38,584 bases of DNA from positions 1-38,584 of the IMG/VR virus record IMGVR_UViG_3300020045_009961; one strand, given 5' to 3'. The position numbers and the translations under genes were made by a program. The notes below the pieces were generated by a model. It saw only the letters and a list, made by a program, of their open reading frames with translations. It searched no databases and was not told the origin of the DNA. The first letter of the stretch is position 1, and every line of letters starts with the position of its first letter. Source of the stretch: a virus. Taxonomy: Duplodnaviria; Caudoviricetes. Positions 36,643 through 38,584 of the stretch are shown here, in pieces.

Positions 36643-37275
36643 TTAATTAAAAAGTGATTCCGTCTCATGGAGTAGCCTAACCAGCTCTTTTATTTTCTGG
36701 TCATAAAGTAGTGTGTTGCCCTTTCTGCCAATACAAAGATTCCCAAGTTTAGCCGTGGGTGTTTTAACGGTGTATTTTTGCCAATAATCCTTGCTAGTTA
36801 AATATCCATGTCGCTCTAATAGGTCGTGGTCAGCCTGTACATGATAGCTTGGCTTGTCCAGTATTACCGCTAATGAATTTAAATCGCGTGGCTCACGTTT
36901 GTCGAATAATTCCATTGTGGCTGCTTGTTGCGTGATGACGGTTTGGAGATTTTTAAGTTCACGAACGGAATTATTGGCAACATAATCAAAAGTATCAATG
37001 ACGTGTAGCGCAAACTCAGAACTTAGCCACATAGCATAAGAGTAAACAAGCTGTTTTGCCACAAATGTTCCAAGTCCTTGTTTTATAACAATAGGCGGTT
37101 TTCCGCCTATTGAATGAATCAATAAAATCAATTCCTTAGCTTGCTTTGTTTGCAACCAATATTTAGGTCTATCAGCGTTTAGACCGCCGCTCGCTTTGTG
37201 CAAATCATTAACACAATAAAATCCGTTTTCATTGGTTCTTATTGATACGCTGTTAATTACTAAACCAGTATTCAT
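36643..37275 (-). CDS. KilA-N domain protein
   Basis: IRTNENGFYCVNDLHKASGG...PKYWL...GTFVAKQLVYSYAMWLSSEFALHVIDTF. Confidence 0.9.
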   Translation of the reverse strand: MNTGLVINSVSIRTNENGFYCVNDLHKASGGLNADRPKYWLQTKQAKELILLIHSIGGKPPIVIKQGLGTFVAKQLVYSYAMWLSSEFALHVIDTFDYVANNSVRELKNLQTVITQQAATMELFDKREPRDLNSLAVILDKPSYHVQADHDLLERHGYLTSKDYWQKYTVKTPTAKLGNLCIGRKGNTLLYDQKIKELVRLLHETESLFN

Positions 37276-37295
37276 TTTTTAATTTTCCTTTGGAC

Positions 37296-37408
37296 AAAAA
37301 AATACCCGTGTACCTGAATAGTCGGATATTCAAATGACACGGGCTAAGGTTTTGACCTTAAAAAGATAAACGCTCCGACACGCACTTTTTAAAGACAAAG
37401 CAATTATA
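37296..37408 (-). promoter_or_regulatory. Kissing-loop leader/attenuator 3
   Basis: TG-G-TATAAT; TTAAAAAG-TGCG-tGTCGGAg-CGT..CTTTTTAA; CCCGTGT..TGAATA-TCCGAC-TATTCA..ACACGGG then T-run. Confidence 0.85.
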
Positions 37409-37412
37409 CCAC

Positions 37413-37437
37413 AAAAGCCCCAATCAAGGGGCTTTTT
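37413..37437. terminator. Bidirectional intrinsic terminator
   Basis: AAAAGCCCC-aatcaa-GGGGCTTTTT. Confidence 0.85.
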
Positions 37438-37438
37438 A

Positions 37439-37675
37439 TCAAATAGACAACAAAGTGCGATTGTAATCATTGACTTGTATAATCTCTAACAAGTCGTAAA
37501 CATCACGCATATCATAGACCGTTTTTAATTCATGTAGTGTTGCTAAGCCGTTGCTAATAAGCAGTGAGAAGTAAGGGTGGATATTGACCGTTTCAACTAA
37601 ATCACCCGCGTGCTTATGTGGGTTAGTTTGTGAAAAAGGGCGTAGATTTAATGGTCTACGCCCCACCAAAAATCC
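37439..37675 (-). CDS. Tail assembly chaperone C-terminal (-1 frameshift) segment
   Basis: GLATLHELKTVYDMRDVYDLLEII; -1 frame relative to upstream gene, no convincing RBS. Confidence 0.75.
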   Translation of the reverse strand, partial: GFLVGRRPLNLRPFSQTNPHKHAGDLVETVNIHPYFSLLISNGLATLHELKTVYDMRDVYDLLEIIQVNDYNRTLLSI

Positions 37676-38106
37676 GTGTGCAGTGTTATTGCTTCCTCAA
37701 CTAAAAAAGCTATGTTTCGTGCATCCGTGATTTGAGCGTCAAGCATAAAATTAACCTCCTGCCCTTTGTCATTGATAAAAAGCACGGTGCTTAGTAGCTT
37801 GTCGCTCAATGTTTTAAAGTGCGTAGGCGATAGAAACCGCATAGCCTTGACAACCATCAAGCGCATATCATGCTTGGGGTCGTCGCTTTTTGGCAATTGA
37901 CCACCAAACTTTTTATAAAAAAAGTCAATTAATCCGCTAATTGCAATCGTACCCTGCCATTCATCGGTGTTAAGTGTTCCTTGCCCAAAGTAGTGTATTG
38001 ATTCCTGTGCGAATAGGTATTCAGTATAAGCGGGGAATGTGGACACGGTAAAAACTTTGCCTTTATCCGCGCCGTAGGGGAGTGTTACTTTTCTAGTTTG
38101 CATCAA
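37648..38106 (-). CDS. Tail assembly chaperone
   Basis: GADKGKVFTV...LHTDF; upstream of tape measure; slippery G GAT TTT near 3' end. Confidence 0.75.
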   Translation of the reverse strand: MMQTRKVTLPYGADKGKVFTVSTFPAYTEYLFAQESIHYFGQGTLNTDEWQGTIAISGLIDFFYKKFGGQLPKSDDPKHDMRLMVVKAMRFLSPTHFKTLSDKLLSTVLFINDKGQEVNFMLDAQITDARNIAFLVEEAITLHTDFWWGVDH

Positions 38107-38294
38107 ATAACCTCTGCATTGCGTATTAACTCTATGATTTCTTCTTTTGTTTCCATTACATGGATAAAATTATCAGCTTCCATCCATATAGTAGTTTTTC
38201 CCTCTATCGCTGTATCACTAAACATCGTTATTTTATCAGCAACAATGTTTCTCTGTGTCATGCCTTGCACTTCGGTTAGTGTGATTATTTTCAT
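38103..38294 (-). CDS. Small hypothetical protein
   Basis: Start revised to MKIITL; ATGA overlap with chaperone. Confidence 0.6.
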   Translation of the reverse strand: MKIITLTEVQGMTQRNIVADKITMFSDTAIEGKTTIWMEADNFIHVMETKEEIIELIRNAEVI

Positions 38295-38307
38295 TTCTTT
38301 ACCCAAC

Positions 38308-38446
38308 AAAAACCCCGCGTGTCATCGGTTGCTGCAATGACTAGAAGCGGGGTCTTTATAAATCAAAATAGGATTTTCATTAAGTCCAGCAACGGCTTTT
38401 CTGAAAATTACAGGGCAATTATAGTCCTGCGATTGTCTTTTTACAA
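38308..38446 (-). promoter_or_regulatory. Kissing-loop leader/attenuator 4 with its promoter
   Basis: TTGTAA-17-TATAAT; ATTTTCA..GCC-GTTGCTG-GACTT..TGAAAAT; ACCCCGC..GTCATTG-CAGCAAC-CGATGAC..GCGGGGTTTTT. Confidence 0.85.
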
Positions 38447-38584
38447 ATCAGAAACCGCCAAACTTAAAGACCTTTCATTAGCTCGCTTTTCTCTTTTCTT
38501 CATATTTAAAGCGTCTCGATTAGCCTGCTGATATTTCTTGTTTTTCTCTCTTAAAAACTCCTTGTTGTTGTCCCTCCATTTTTT
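38441..38584 (-). CDS. 3' end of a basic helical-repeat protein (partial)
   Basis: KKWRDNNKEFLREKNKKYQQANRDALN...SDL*. Confidence 0.55.
   Translation of the reverse strand, partial: KKWRDNNKEFLREKNKKYQQANRDALNMKKREKRANERSLSLAVSDL

Overview
Most of a tailed dsDNA phage genome (contractile-tailed, Bcep781/Aaphi23/PB1-type structural module), probably infecting a Gammaproteobacterium (inference). Left end, minus strand: terminase genes and a DUF1073-type portal running off the window. Middle: dCTP deaminase, YqaJ/lambda-exonuclease recombination pair, primase-SF3 helicase with an adjacent iteron origin, two HNH genes, a tRNA/ncRNA cluster, a Cro-like switch and many small early genes. Right part, minus strand: tail chaperones with a -1 frameshift signal, tape measure, baseplate and fibre genes, interrupted by cassettes encoding Rha, wHTH, KilA-N and an SNF2 helicase-DNA methyltransferase fusion. 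The most striking signal is five leader RNAs with one architecture: promoter, hairpin, terminator hairpin, gene. In each, the two loops carry perfectly complementary 6-7 nt sequences, and every copy uses a different pair. No integrase, CI repressor, endolysin or capsid gene was recognised. All calls are by eye; no searches were run.
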